Source: an uncultured Candidatus Bathyarchaeia archaeon
GTDB taxonomy: Archaea > Thermoproteota > Bathyarchaeia > 40CM-2-53-6
Assembly (NCBI GenBank): GCA_964394935.1
Contig: CAYMZN010000001.1
Coordinates: forward strand, 55,210-119,209
Direction: 5' to 3'
Length of the DNA: 64,000 bases
Part shown: piece by piece, positions 21,874 to 31,355 of the stretch
How the letters are laid out: every line of letters begins with the position of its first letter
How positions within the stretch are numbered: the stretch's first letter is position 1
The notes under the pieces: model-generated
What the model was told of the DNA's origin: nothing
Seen by the model: the letters and a program-made list of their open reading frames with translations, nothing else
Databases searched by the model: none
Position numbers and translations under genes: made by a program

Positions 21874-22899
21874 CTACCCCTCCACGTAATCTTCGAGGAA
21901 TCGGTCAGTATGGTCTTCTCGATGTGAGATCTTTCTGATCGGCAATGGTTTGTGATGTGCCAAGGTGAATCGTGTAAACGCGTCGCGGCCTTCGGCGATG
22001 ATTGTTGTGTGTGCGGTTTGTATGAGGGCTCCGTCGAATGGTTTGATGTCTTGGCGGAAACTTGTTGCGATCACACAAGAACCTGTGATTTCGGCGATCG
22101 CGGACAACGAACGTAGTACTCGTTGAAAGACACGATAGGCTTCCTGTCTATCTTTGATCTCCGGATCTTGGAAAAGCTCAGTTATGTCTGAGACGATTGC
22201 AAGTTTGGAGTTGTAACGTGCTAGGGCGCTGGACAGCTTTTCGGTCAGTAAAGATGCGAGCTGGAAGTACGTGAATGCACGGCTGATATGTACGCGGGAC
22301 AATGCGAGCTTAGGTTCGATTCCGTGTTCGATCGCATATTTGGATACGGCGTAGGCGTCGAAGCTGTTTCCACCATCGATACAGACCGTGTCTGAATTCA
22401 ATCCGATCGGATGGACAAGCTGAGCTCGGACACAGAGGAGCTCAGCCAGTGACCTTGAGAAAGGGTAACCTTGAAAGACCACAAACTGTCCCGTGGTCAA
22501 GTGGACAAGCTCGTCCAGTTTCTCGATCCCTGTAGTGAGTATCTGCTCCTCTGCGGCAAGACGAGCGTTCCGTGGCCTGATTGTCTCGAGAGGTTGGAGC
22601 GGCAACTCAGCGAGGAGCGCTGCTTTAAGGTATTTTGGGTTGACGTAGGTGGCTCTGGCATGGGGTAGCCGTGTGTGTTCGCAATGCATGACATCTTCTA
22701 AGCCAAACCCACAATCTGGGCAGACTCCATCGAACGCTGCTTGCACACCTTTGGCTTCTACAAAACGTCGTGAGATCAGCAAGACTTCGTCGCATAACCC
22801 ACAGTAGTAGACCCATGCTTCGACTTTACGGGTGTAGCATGATTGTTGTGCGAGCTCTTCGAGCTTCCACGTCTTTGCGGTATTGATCTGGAGTGTCAC
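21874..22899 (-). CDS. Inactivated RadA/RecA-like protein (iRadA) with N-terminal Zn-ribbon
   Basis: LTTGIEKLDEL, IDGGNSFD, HISRAFTYFQL; Walker A degenerate (QGYPFSRS); N-terminal CGLC...CPDC. Confidence 0.8.
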   Translation of the reverse strand: MTLQINTAKTWKLEELAQQSCYTRKVEAWVYYCGLCDEVLLISRRFVEAKGVQAAFDGVCPDCGFGLEDVMHCEHTRLPHARATYVNPKYLKAALLAELPLQPLETIRPRNARLAAEEQILTTGIEKLDELVHLTTGQFVVFQGYPFSRSLAELLCVRAQLVHPIGLNSDTVCIDGGNSFDAYAVSKYAIEHGIEPKLALSRVHISRAFTYFQLASLLTEKLSSALARYNSKLAIVSDITELFQDPEIKDRQEAYRVFQRVLRSLSAIAEITGSCVIATSFRQDIKPFDGALIQTAHTTIIAEGRDAFTRFTLAHHKPLPIRKISHREDHTDRFLEDYVEG

Positions 22900-22935
22900 T
22901 ACAGAAACTATCTCCAGTCTTCGAGGCGGATTAGA

Positions 22936-25233
22936 TCAGTCTCCTCTTCGAAGCTTGGGCTGTGCGTCCTCGATCCCTTTTTCCGTGATCGCAAAGTATG
23001 TCTCCGATTCTGGAAGGCAAGGTGAGTCTATGATGCGGGCACAACGAAGATTGTTTGAAGCCTTCTTGATCATGATTCGATGGGTCGACGCATGAGCAAG
23101 GATGTTTCCTCCCGCTGGCCTAATGGGGTCTCCGAAGAAAGCTTGAGGGTTTGCTTGGACTTGGTTGGTCAAGACGACGACCAAGTTCAGCGCTTGGGCG
23201 ATCCGCGTGAGCTTGTGCAAATGTGCGTTGAGTTTCTGCTGACGCTCACTAAGATTCTCCCGGCCAATGTATTCGCTCCTGAAGTGTGAAAGCACTGAAT
23301 CAACTACGATGAGTTTGATGTTCTCTTCTTGACAGAGCTTGAAGGCGTGATCAACTGTGAGGATCTGATGATCACTATTGTAAGTGCGTGCGATGAAGAC
23401 TCCTTCAAGGATCTTGTCGGGGTCAAGTGACATCGCCTGCGCAATCTGATGGACGCGCTGAGGAGCAAATGTTCCTTCGCTGTCCAGAAAGAGGACTTTG
23501 CCGTTCAGCCCACCTTGCTGTAGTGGAAGCTGAGTCGTGATGCTGAGCTGCATGCAGATCTGGGAGTTGTGGGTTACGAATCCGTTGACGACGTAATTGT
23601 GGTGCGGATTGACTTCGTAGTCTACCATGTCCACAGGCTCATTCTTCACTTCGACCTTTAGGACCCGCTCCCAAGCTAGGTCGCTCTCGACCAACATGCC
23701 AAGCCTATCTATGATCTGTTGGGCTTCATCTTCGGAGGTGAATCCAGCCTGCTTCATTTGGGCTGTGAATACGCGTATGTTTTGGACGAGTTCTCGGAGG
23801 GTGGTTCGGGTCGGATGCGCTTGACTGGATTGGGCGAGGTAGTTCCTCACCCATCGTCGCCATGCCGGGTTGTCGGAGTTGAAGCCTAAGAGCTTGCCTA
23901 GTCTGTTGAAGGTTGCCATCGGAACGGGAATGATATCAGCTGAGAGGTTCCTTCGTTCGAGACGCCAGTTACGGAATTTGTCGAGGTTGAGGGACCTATC
24001 AGATCCTATCTCAGAAGCGAACCTATAGGCATACTCGCCACTTATCGCTAGAGAGCGGCGTCGCATCCTTGAGTAGATTCCAAGTTTCAGTAGCAGGAAG
24101 CGTAGCTGCTCAAGGAGCGGCTTGTGAACCGAGTAGATCTCGATCTTAGGCGCCTCTTCTTCGGCCCAGCCATCGCCGTCAAAGTATGCTCGAAGTAACC
24201 ATTTGGTTTCTTCAGCGCCTAGACACATTGCTTGTTGCGGCAGAAGCTTTCTGGCGGTCTTGCCCGCCCCAGACACTTTCAGCGTCGGCATGAGCCTTAG
24301 AAGCCATTCTCCTATCTGCACCGAGGAAACGATTAGGTCATTAGGGTGACTCGGTGGCGCGTGCGGCGCGACCCCAAAGGTCTTCTCAAAACACTCGATG
24401 TAAGATCTTTGCAGATCTTCGTCAGTGTTAGTGAAGACTATTGAGCATGACTTCTCCCGCCAATCGATGTAGCCTTCGCTCGCGAGATAACCTATCAACT
24501 TGGCCAATTGGACCGTGCTCTTCTTTGGAAAAATATACTGTCTGCCGTGTTCCAATGAGGGAGTCGGTAAGTCATAGGATTCCTCGACGATTGGCAACCT
24601 TCGAACGACAGCTAGCCACCGCTTCTCCTTCAGATCCTCGGCCTGAATTTCTTCTAACTGCGCCTCGTCATTCAATGTGTAGAACCGGTGTTGGGGGCTA
24701 CAAGTGATCTTGAATCCGCCTGAGGCTTGGATTGCGAACTGCTGCGGTACATTCTGTACGAACTTCCTCACGGGTTTGCCATGAGTGATGTGCTTCATAG
24801 GATCGATCTCGAAAGGTGAATCTGTCATAGAAAGCTCGGAAGCCATCCTCAGGCCACCAGTAGTAGCGATCATGGAATCCTTAGCAACGCATTTGCCGGC
24901 TCCGAATTCTCCTATGAATTCGGTGATGGCTTGAGTTTCAAGACCTCCGCCAAGTAGCTTATTCAGGTTCTCGGAGCCTGTGCTTAGGCGGAGCAGAGAT
25001 TGGCGTCTATCGTAGAGCTGTTTTGCTGTTAGAAGGTCTACATGAATGATTTGACGTGCAGCGCGTACAATCTTGATCGCCGCAGAGGATTCCAACCCTG
25101 CCTTGTCGACGAGTTCCCTGATCGGCGCTACTGCTATCGCTTCGATGGAGTCGAAGCCAGCTTCCTTGAGCTTATTTGCGGTTACTGGGCCGACGCCTTC
25201 TAGGTCCTGAATGTCCTCTAATGTGTGAGACAA
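22936..25233 (-). CDS. radA: Recombinase RadA precursor with a 442-aa intein (323-aa extein)
   Basis: LEGVGPVTA HhH, LLGGGLETQAITEFIGEFGAGK|intein|SQIC, DSEGTF, RSEYIGRENLSERQQ, GGNILAHAST. Confidence 0.95.
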   Translation of the reverse strand: MSHTLEDIQDLEGVGPVTANKLKEAGFDSIEAIAVAPIRELVDKAGLESSAAIKIVRAARQIIHVDLLTAKQLYDRRQSLLRLSTGSENLNKLLGGGLETQAITEFIGEFGAGKCVAKDSMIATTGGLRMASELSMTDSPFEIDPMKHITHGKPVRKFVQNVPQQFAIQASGGFKITCSPQHRFYTLNDEAQLEEIQAEDLKEKRWLAVVRRLPIVEESYDLPTPSLEHGRQYIFPKKSTVQLAKLIGYLASEGYIDWREKSCSIVFTNTDEDLQRSYIECFEKTFGVAPHAPPSHPNDLIVSSVQIGEWLLRLMPTLKVSGAGKTARKLLPQQAMCLGAEETKWLLRAYFDGDGWAEEEAPKIEIYSVHKPLLEQLRFLLLKLGIYSRMRRRSLAISGEYAYRFASEIGSDRSLNLDKFRNWRLERRNLSADIIPVPMATFNRLGKLLGFNSDNPAWRRWVRNYLAQSSQAHPTRTTLRELVQNIRVFTAQMKQAGFTSEDEAQQIIDRLGMLVESDLAWERVLKVEVKNEPVDMVDYEVNPHHNYVVNGFVTHNSQICMQLSITTQLPLQQGGLNGKVLFLDSEGTFAPQRVHQIAQAMSLDPDKILEGVFIARTYNSDHQILTVDHAFKLCQEENIKLIVVDSVLSHFRSEYIGRENLSERQQKLNAHLHKLTRIAQALNLVVVLTNQVQANPQAFFGDPIRPAGGNILAHASTHRIMIKKASNNLRCARIIDSPCLPESETYFAITEKGIEDAQPKLRRGD
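23566..24891 (-). mobile_element. Intein with LAGLIDADG homing endonuclease in the RadA P-loop
   Basis: Starts CVAKDS, block B ITCSPQHRF, LIGYLASEG and LRAYFDGDG motifs, ends HNYVVNGFVTHN with Ser at +1. Confidence 0.95.
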
Positions 25234-25254
25234 GTGTAATCGAATTGAACGCCA

Positions 25255-25683
25255 TCAAGTTTTGAGGATAAGCAATGAGGCGGACGAAAGTGTATGGAGA
25301 GACTCATGAAAGTTATTCTTTAACGAGCAGCCCGGAGGGCGCGCTTTCCAGAAGACAGTCGAAGACTGTTTCCCTTGCAATAGGCTCTGAGTCTCCTCTG
25401 GAGTGAGGGTCTTCTCGATTCCCAATCTGCAATGCCAATCATAGAGGCAATGCCTAACCAGCTTCACTATCTTGCCTCTGAGATGCGACGGAACCACTTC
25501 CTTGGGAGTTCGTTTCGAGAAACGTGTAGCCTCGAGAGTGAAAATGCACTTCTCCCATGTCTCGCCGTCTCTTGCTACGGTCTCGCCGGTCTTCTCAACC
25601 GCAACGACTCTTCCTTTCAGTCTTCGGCCGCTGGCAGTCAGGGAACTCACTTGGGATACTTCTTGGCTGCCCATTGTTTGCAT
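25255..25683 (-). CDS. Hypothetical protein (small beta-rich domain)
   Basis: LKGRVVAVEK...WEKCIF...FSKRTP...YDWH; true start probably near 25650. Confidence 0.6.
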   Translation of the reverse strand: MQTMGSQEVSQVSSLTASGRRLKGRVVAVEKTGETVARDGETWEKCIFTLEATRFSKRTPKEVVPSHLRGKIVKLVRHCLYDWHCRLGIEKTLTPEETQSLLQGKQSSTVFWKARPPGCSLKNNFHESLHTLSSASLLILKT

Positions 25684-26324
25684 ACGTTTGCTCCTTCTAC
25701 GGCATCTCTGCCGTAGCCGTCGGCGCCCATTGATTCTGCAATCTCCATGTTGAGGGGGGCACCTCCGACCAGTGTCTTCGAGCCAATCTGAGCCTTCCGA
25801 ATTGCGTCTATTACTTCGCTCATGTGCGGAAAGGTCGTCGATAGCAATGCTGACATTGCGACTACGTCAGCTGAGACCTCTTTTGTTTTCGCCAAGAAAC
25901 GGTCAGCAGTGACATCGACTCCTAGGTCATGAATTTCAAATCCTGACGCTTCCACCATGCTTGCGACTATATTCTTTCCGATGTCGTGTAGGTCGCCTTC
26001 AACAGTTCCTATGACGATACGACCCTGGGCGGCAATCTCCGACGGTTTCAGATGCGCACCGAAGATCTTCATGCCTTCTTTGAAGGTCTCGCCTGCCATC
26101 ACCAACTCTGGAAGGAAGAACTCCCCCGCTTGATACTTTTGGCCGACAACCTCCATACCCTTCGCCATGCCGTTGATGACGCCCTCGTACGCGCTGACTC
26201 CTTCCTTGAGCGCCCTCTCAGCGAGAGGCTTGATGTTATCTATGTCGAACCTTACGATCGCCTCTCTCAGATTTTCAAGCATGTCTTCCCTGGTCACGCG
26301 AAGACCCTCCGGAGGCCTAGACAT
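25647..26324 (-). CDS. Corrinoid (B12-binding) protein, MttC/MtbC-like
   Basis: GEFFLPEL cap domain, GTVEGDLHDIGKNIV, MSALLSTT, VGGAP. Confidence 0.92.
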   Translation of the reverse strand: MSRPPEGLRVTREDMLENLREAIVRFDIDNIKPLAERALKEGVSAYEGVINGMAKGMEVVGQKYQAGEFFLPELVMAGETFKEGMKIFGAHLKPSEIAAQGRIVIGTVEGDLHDIGKNIVASMVEASGFEIHDLGVDVTADRFLAKTKEVSADVVAMSALLSTTFPHMSEVIDAIRKAQIGSKTLVGGAPLNMEIAESMGADGYGRDAVEGANVCKQWAAKKYPK

Positions 26325-26509
26325 TCCCTGACACGTTAGTAAAGATTTACCGGAAATCGGCTAGCTGTGAAGCTGCGGCCGGGTCTAATTCCGTCACATT
26401 GTTGAGAAGTGGTATGGCATGACCCGGCGAGCTAAGGTTCCAAATTCTTATTTCCTTGACCTCTGAAGTTGGGAACCTCTGAACGGCTCGGCAAGGAAGT
26501 CATGCATAA

Positions 26510-27277
26510 ATGAGCATGGAAGTCTTTCTAGAGAACAACAGAGGAATCCTCCTCGCTTACGACCAGGGGCTTGAGCACGGTCCTACGGATTTCAATGAAC
26601 AGAATGTTGATCCAGCGTTCATCATGGAACTCGCCGCTGCTGGCCGATTCAAGGGGGTAGTATTCCAGAAGGGGATAGCTGAGAAATATTATGATGGTCG
26701 AGTGCCGCTAATCCTGAAAGTCAATGGGAAGACGACTCTTGTGAAGGGGGAACCGCTGGCTCGGCAGAATTGCAGTGTGCAGCGGGCCTGTGAAATTGGT
26801 GCGAAAGCGGTCGGATACACGATCTATGCAGGCAGCGCTCATGAGAGCATCATGCTCGAAGAATTCGGAAGGATTCAAGAGGAAGCTCACAAGCTCGAGA
26901 TGGCCGCGATCGCTTGGGTCTATCCCCGTGGAGAGGCCATCAAGAACGACACAGCTCCCGAGATTGTTGCGTACGCAGCAAGGACTGGGCTCGAGGTCGG
27001 TGCAGATGCTGTCAAGATCAAGTACACAGGCGATGTTCAATCATTCAAGTGGGCGGTGAGGTCTGCTGGTAAGACAAGAGTCTTCATGTCAGGCGGACCA
27101 AAGGCTCCCACGGAAGTTGACTTCCTAGGACAGGTTAGAGGAGCAATGGATGCGGGTGCAACCGGCCTGGCAGTGGGTCGCAACGTGTGGCAGAGTTCAG
27201 ATCCCCTTAGAATGGCGCGCACTTTGCGAAGTCTTGTGATCGAAGACCGCTCAGTGGAGGAGACGCTTCGGACTTGA
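26510..27277 (+). CDS. Class I fructose-bisphosphate aldolase (DhnA/archaeal type)
   Basis: AYDQGLEHGP, WVYPRG, GADAVKIKY, SGGPK, AVGRNVWQ. Confidence 0.9.
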   Translation: MSMEVFLENNRGILLAYDQGLEHGPTDFNEQNVDPAFIMELAAAGRFKGVVFQKGIAEKYYDGRVPLILKVNGKTTLVKGEPLARQNCSVQRACEIGAKAVGYTIYAGSAHESIMLEEFGRIQEEAHKLEMAAIAWVYPRGEAIKNDTAPEIVAYAARTGLEVGADAVKIKYTGDVQSFKWAVRSAGKTRVFMSGGPKAPTEVDFLGQVRGAMDAGATGLAVGRNVWQSSDPLRMARTLRSLVIEDRSVEETLRT

Positions 27278-28296
27278 AGATCGGGATGTTGAATGGCGGC
27301 GGCGACTGCGCGGGTCTAAACGCGGTCACTAGGGCGGTTGTGAGAAAGAGCGATGAGTTGGGGTACGAGGTAATCGGCATCAAACATGGCTGGGCCGGAC
27401 TACTCAACCTCGCAACTGTCCCCCTAAGATGGACCGAGGTGTCTGACATCATCAAAGTTGGCGGGACCATCCTGCACACTACGAGGACGAACCCGTTCAG
27501 CCGGAAGGAGGGACCTGAGACGGTCCTCGCAAACGCGAAGAAACTTGGTTTGGATGCCCTCATAGCCGTGGGCGGGGAAGACACGCTCAGTGTTGCCGCA
27601 AAGCTCGCACAGATGGGATTGAAAGTTATTGGCGTTCCAAAGACAATCGACAACGACATAGTCGGAACTGATGTCACATTTGGATTTGACTCAGCTGTCA
27701 ACGTGACTGTCGACGCAATAGACAGAATTCAGACCACCGGCGAGTCGCATGACAGAATAATGATCGTTGAAGTGATGGGTCGACACGCGGGATGGATTGC
27801 TGCGCATGCAGGGATAGCGAGCGGTGCAAATCTCATCCTTGTGCCTGAGCAGCCGTTCGATTTGGAGGAGGTCTCAGCCTTTCTCAAGGGGAGGCATGAG
27901 TCAGGCGCTACGGCTTCCGTGGTCGTTGTCGGTGAGGGGTGCAGTTTGAAAGGCTCCCCTCCCGGCGATCCGACGAAGGTGGATGAATTCGGCCACGTCC
28001 GCCTAGGAGGAATCGGAGACCTCCTGGCGAAGGAGATCGAGCGACGCACTGGAATCGAAACGCGCGCAGTGGTGTTAGGTCATGTGGTAAGAGGCGGCGC
28101 GCCATCAGCCTATGACCGCGTGCTTGCCACTCGCCTTGGGGTCGCTGCTGTGCAAGCAGTGAAGAATCGAGAATTTGGAGTGATGGTGTGCCTTCGAGGC
28201 AACATGATCTCCAAAGTTCCGTTAAGTGACATACTGGGCAAAATGAAGAATCTCGACGGAGAAACATTGTCTCTTGTGAAGGAGTTCTGCGCATAA
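27274..28296 (+). CDS. PfkA-family 6-phosphofructokinase, likely PPi-dependent
   Basis: GGGDCAGLN, GGEDT, PKTIDND, EVMGRHAG, LGHVVRGG. Confidence 0.9.
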   Translation: MKIGMLNGGGDCAGLNAVTRAVVRKSDELGYEVIGIKHGWAGLLNLATVPLRWTEVSDIIKVGGTILHTTRTNPFSRKEGPETVLANAKKLGLDALIAVGGEDTLSVAAKLAQMGLKVIGVPKTIDNDIVGTDVTFGFDSAVNVTVDAIDRIQTTGESHDRIMIVEVMGRHAGWIAAHAGIASGANLILVPEQPFDLEEVSAFLKGRHESGATASVVVVGEGCSLKGSPPGDPTKVDEFGHVRLGGIGDLLAKEIERRTGIETRAVVLGHVVRGGAPSAYDRVLATRLGVAAVQAVKNREFGVMVCLRGNMISKVPLSDILGKMKNLDGETLSLVKEFCA

Positions 28297-28327
28297 CCGG
28301 GGAGACTGCTGCTACTGAGGCTGTATC

Positions 28328-28888
28328 TTGCCGCTTTGGAACCTTGTGCTCACAGGGTACCCGAGTTCAGGCAAGACGCTTCTGGCTAGGAGACTCGTGC
28401 AAGACAATCCAAGCTTCGTGAGAATTAGCGGTGACGACCTGCGCACAATGTTCTTCGATGAGCCGGCTTCTTCACGTGATGAGGATCTACTGTACTCGAC
28501 ACTAGCACTTGTGCGAGATGAGCTACTTAGACGCCACCACAACGTTGTAATCGACACGACTGCTCCAACAAATCAAACGCGCTCCTTTTTGATGCGCACC
28601 AAAGCTCCGAACGTCAATAGCTTGCTAATCGTGGTTGTGGCAAGCAGAGAATCCCTTCTCGAAAGAACACACGTAAAAGGCCACTTTGGGGCAGTTGAAG
28701 CTTGGGATAGGTCTTGGGAACCTCCTGCCAAGGGGGTTCCAACTTTGAAGTTTAGAAGCGACAACTTGGAAGAGTTTAACACAAACTACTACGTGCTCAC
28801 AGAACTTCTCAACAGCAGAATTCACCCGTTCCGAAAGCGGTTCCTCTCAAACCTCTTTCCCAGACTTAAGGGCCAGATCCCCAGATAA
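28328..28888 (+). CDS. P-loop kinase (AAA_33 / KTI12-PSTK-like)
   Basis: TGYPSSGKT, ISGDDLR, VVIDTT. Confidence 0.75.
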   Translation: MPLWNLVLTGYPSSGKTLLARRLVQDNPSFVRISGDDLRTMFFDEPASSRDEDLLYSTLALVRDELLRRHHNVVIDTTAPTNQTRSFLMRTKAPNVNSLLIVVVASRESLLERTHVKGHFGAVEAWDRSWEPPAKGVPTLKFRSDNLEEFNTNYYVLTELLNSRIHPFRKRFLSNLFPRLKGQIPR

Positions 28889-28890
28889 AC

Positions 28891-29115
28891 ATGATACAGA
28901 TTGGGATGACCATCTACGACTATGCCAAGACTTCGCTCTATCGGGTCTACGATTTACTCAAGCGTGAAGCGCAACGACTCAACGTAGCAATCGTAACCTT
29001 GGAATTCAATGGAATTCCTCCGCTTTGGGCTGCACTCGAAACAGCGGTATGCAAGAAGCTGCAGGTCGAGTGGCGGTGGAACTATGCTGGCACCATGCAG
29101 AGAGACTTCAGGTAA
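28891..29115 (+). pseudogene. C-terminal fragment of glutamate formimidoyltransferase
   Basis: QIGMTIYDYAKTSLYRVYDLLKREAQR..V.....E..G.PP resembles the FTCD C-subdomain; N-terminal part missing. Confidence 0.55.
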
Positions 29116-29340
29116 GGCGATTCAGCGCTTCGAAACTGATGTAGCTGATTTGAGGGGATGAAGATAGCGTCTCCAGGACGTATCGGATATTCCCGCTCCT
29201 CGTGCCTCACGAAACCTTCACCTTCTAACACGTAGACCTCGTGTTCCCACTCATGCCTGTATAATGGGGTATTCCCTCCTGGCTCCACGCTGAAATGTCA
29301 CATCATGAACGTCCGGGCGCCCATTGACTTGTCGAGGAAG
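29082..29340 (-). pseudogene. Cupin domain gene, 5' end disrupted
   Basis: VEPGGNTPLYRHEWEHEVYVLEGEG..PGDAIFIPSNQLHQF; in-frame TGA just upstream. Confidence 0.55.
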
Positions 29341-29463
29341 GCGAATTGAGCGCACTCTTTCGGATAAGCATCACACACCAAGGTGCAGTTTTCTTTTTGT
29401 ATCAAGGAACCCTTAAGAGCTATTGCCAGTGGTACTTGCGGAAGCGACTTTGCGTGATCAATC

Positions 29464-30477
29464 ATGAATCAACTCACAATAGAGACCCACCGGCATCCAC
29501 TTAGCGAACCGGTGATAGAAACCTTCGATCTGACCAAGAATTTCGGTCGCTTGGTGGCCGTCGACCACGTAAATCTATCCATCCGTGAAGGCGAAATATT
29601 TGGCCTCCTTGGACCGAACGGTGCGGGAAAGACGACGACGCTTTCGATGCTCGCAACACTGCTCAAACCGACAGACGGCACAGCGAAGGTCAACGGGCAT
29701 GACATACTAAGGAACTCTGACGCGGTGAGAAGATCAATTGGAATCGTCTTTCAAGATCCCAGCAGCGACGACATCCTGACGGGCAGAGAGAATCTGTACC
29801 TACACGCGCTGATGTATGGTGTCGAGAACAGCGTGCGAGAGCTACGTATCAGAGAAGTGCTACGGCTCGTAGACCTCGAGGATAGAGCGAACGGTCAGGT
29901 CAAGACCTATTCTGGAGGCATGAGGCGCCGCCTCGAGCTGGCCCGTGGCCTCCTACACAGACCAAAGATACTTTTCCTAGACGAACCGACCCTTGGACTT
30001 GATCCGCAAACCCGCGAGCATATCTGGCAATATATCCGAAGGCTCGTCGATCAGGAAAGAGTGACCATTATCATAACGACTCATTACATGGACGAAGCAG
30101 AGCACCTGTGTGACAGGGTTGCAATTATCGACGACGGCAAGATAGTTGCGCTCGACACGCCCGAGCGGCTGAAGCAAATCATAGGCGGCGACATTGTTCG
30201 CCTCCGCATCAGGAATCCCAGGCTCAGCCCCATCAAGGAGCTTGCGTACGTCGTGAAGGTTGAGCAGACGGACGGATTTGTTCTGTTGACCGTCAAGGAC
30301 TCAAGTGTACATCTTCAAGAGATCCTTAGCCTAGTGGGAAACGTTGACTCTGTAGAGCTGAGAACCCCTACCCTGAACGATGTGTTCTTGCACTACACGG
30401 GCCACGAGATCAGAGAGGCCGAGGCGGAGGGGGGCTTCTTCGAGCGAACCGCAAGAGCGAGGTCTAACAGAAAATGA
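29464..30477 (+). CDS. ABC-2 exporter ATP-binding subunit (DrrA-like)
   Basis: GPNGAGKT, YSGGMRRRLE, LDEPTLGLD, TTHYMDEAE. Confidence 0.93.
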   Translation: MNQLTIETHRHPLSEPVIETFDLTKNFGRLVAVDHVNLSIREGEIFGLLGPNGAGKTTTLSMLATLLKPTDGTAKVNGHDILRNSDAVRRSIGIVFQDPSSDDILTGRENLYLHALMYGVENSVRELRIREVLRLVDLEDRANGQVKTYSGGMRRRLELARGLLHRPKILFLDEPTLGLDPQTREHIWQYIRRLVDQERVTIIITTHYMDEAEHLCDRVAIIDDGKIVALDTPERLKQIIGGDIVRLRIRNPRLSPIKELAYVVKVEQTDGFVLLTVKDSSVHLQEILSLVGNVDSVELRTPTLNDVFLHYTGHEIREAEAEGGFFERTARARSNRK

Positions 30478-31220
30478 CAGAACTTGAAGGTCTGTACGCC
30501 CTATGGTATCGTGAGTTCAAAGTCTTCCTTCGAGAGAAGTCCAGGATTGTCTCATCCCTCTTCACTCCTCTGCTCTGGGTAGTCGTTTTCGGAGGAGGAT
30601 TAGGCTCCAGTGTCTCTCTGGGTGGGACCAACTACCAAGTCTTCATCTTCCCAGGCATCCTGACGATGACGATCCTGTTCTCCTCGATATTCTTCGGTCT
30701 CTATATTGTGTGGGACAAGAGGATCGACTTCTTCAAGGAAGTTCTCGTTGCTCCACTGTCACGTCTGACAATCTTTGCGGGAAAGATGCTGGGTGGCTGC
30801 ACAGATGCACTCATTCAAGGCGCTCTAATGCTCGCCTTCGGAGTGGTCCTAGGTGTCTCATACACCTTAGAGACGGTGGCTGCCGCGATGATGTTCATGC
30901 TTGTGCTTGCCTCGGCAACCGTGAGCATCGGACTTGTGATAGGCTCCCGTATGGAGAGCCCCGAAGGTTTCAATCTGATCGTTAGCTTCCTTGTTTTTCC
31001 TCTCTTCTTTCTGAGTGGCGCCCTTTTCCCGATCAGTAACTTGCCGTCCTGGCTTGGCATTTTCACAGTCCTGAATCCCGTTACCTATGCTGTTGACGGA
31101 ATGAGAGGCGTCATGCTAGGCACGTCTGCATTTTCTGTGATCCTAGACTTCGGTGTACTTCTCGCGTTCTCCGCCGGAATGCTCGTGATAGGCTCGATCG
31201 CGTTCAGTCGAATGAAGTAA
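30474..31220 (+). CDS. ABC-2 exporter permease (DrrB-like)
   Basis: About 6 TM segments, FLSGALFPI, NPVTYAVD; ATGA overlap with ATPase gene. Confidence 0.92.
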   Translation: MTELEGLYALWYREFKVFLREKSRIVSSLFTPLLWVVVFGGGLGSSVSLGGTNYQVFIFPGILTMTILFSSIFFGLYIVWDKRIDFFKEVLVAPLSRLTIFAGKMLGGCTDALIQGALMLAFGVVLGVSYTLETVAAAMMFMLVLASATVSIGLVIGSRMESPEGFNLIVSFLVFPLFFLSGALFPISNLPSWLGIFTVLNPVTYAVDGMRGVMLGTSAFSVILDFGVLLAFSAGMLVIGSIAFSRMK

Positions 31221-31355
31221 CGCATCACGCAAGGAATCTACTCAGCACTGTGAGAAACGTCATCTCGGTTTCAGGCAAACTTTAACTGCTCGCGCCGTTT
31301 GACAATGGTGCTTCCGCGAATGAATGAAGATGCATGAACACATAGGTGCCGCAGA

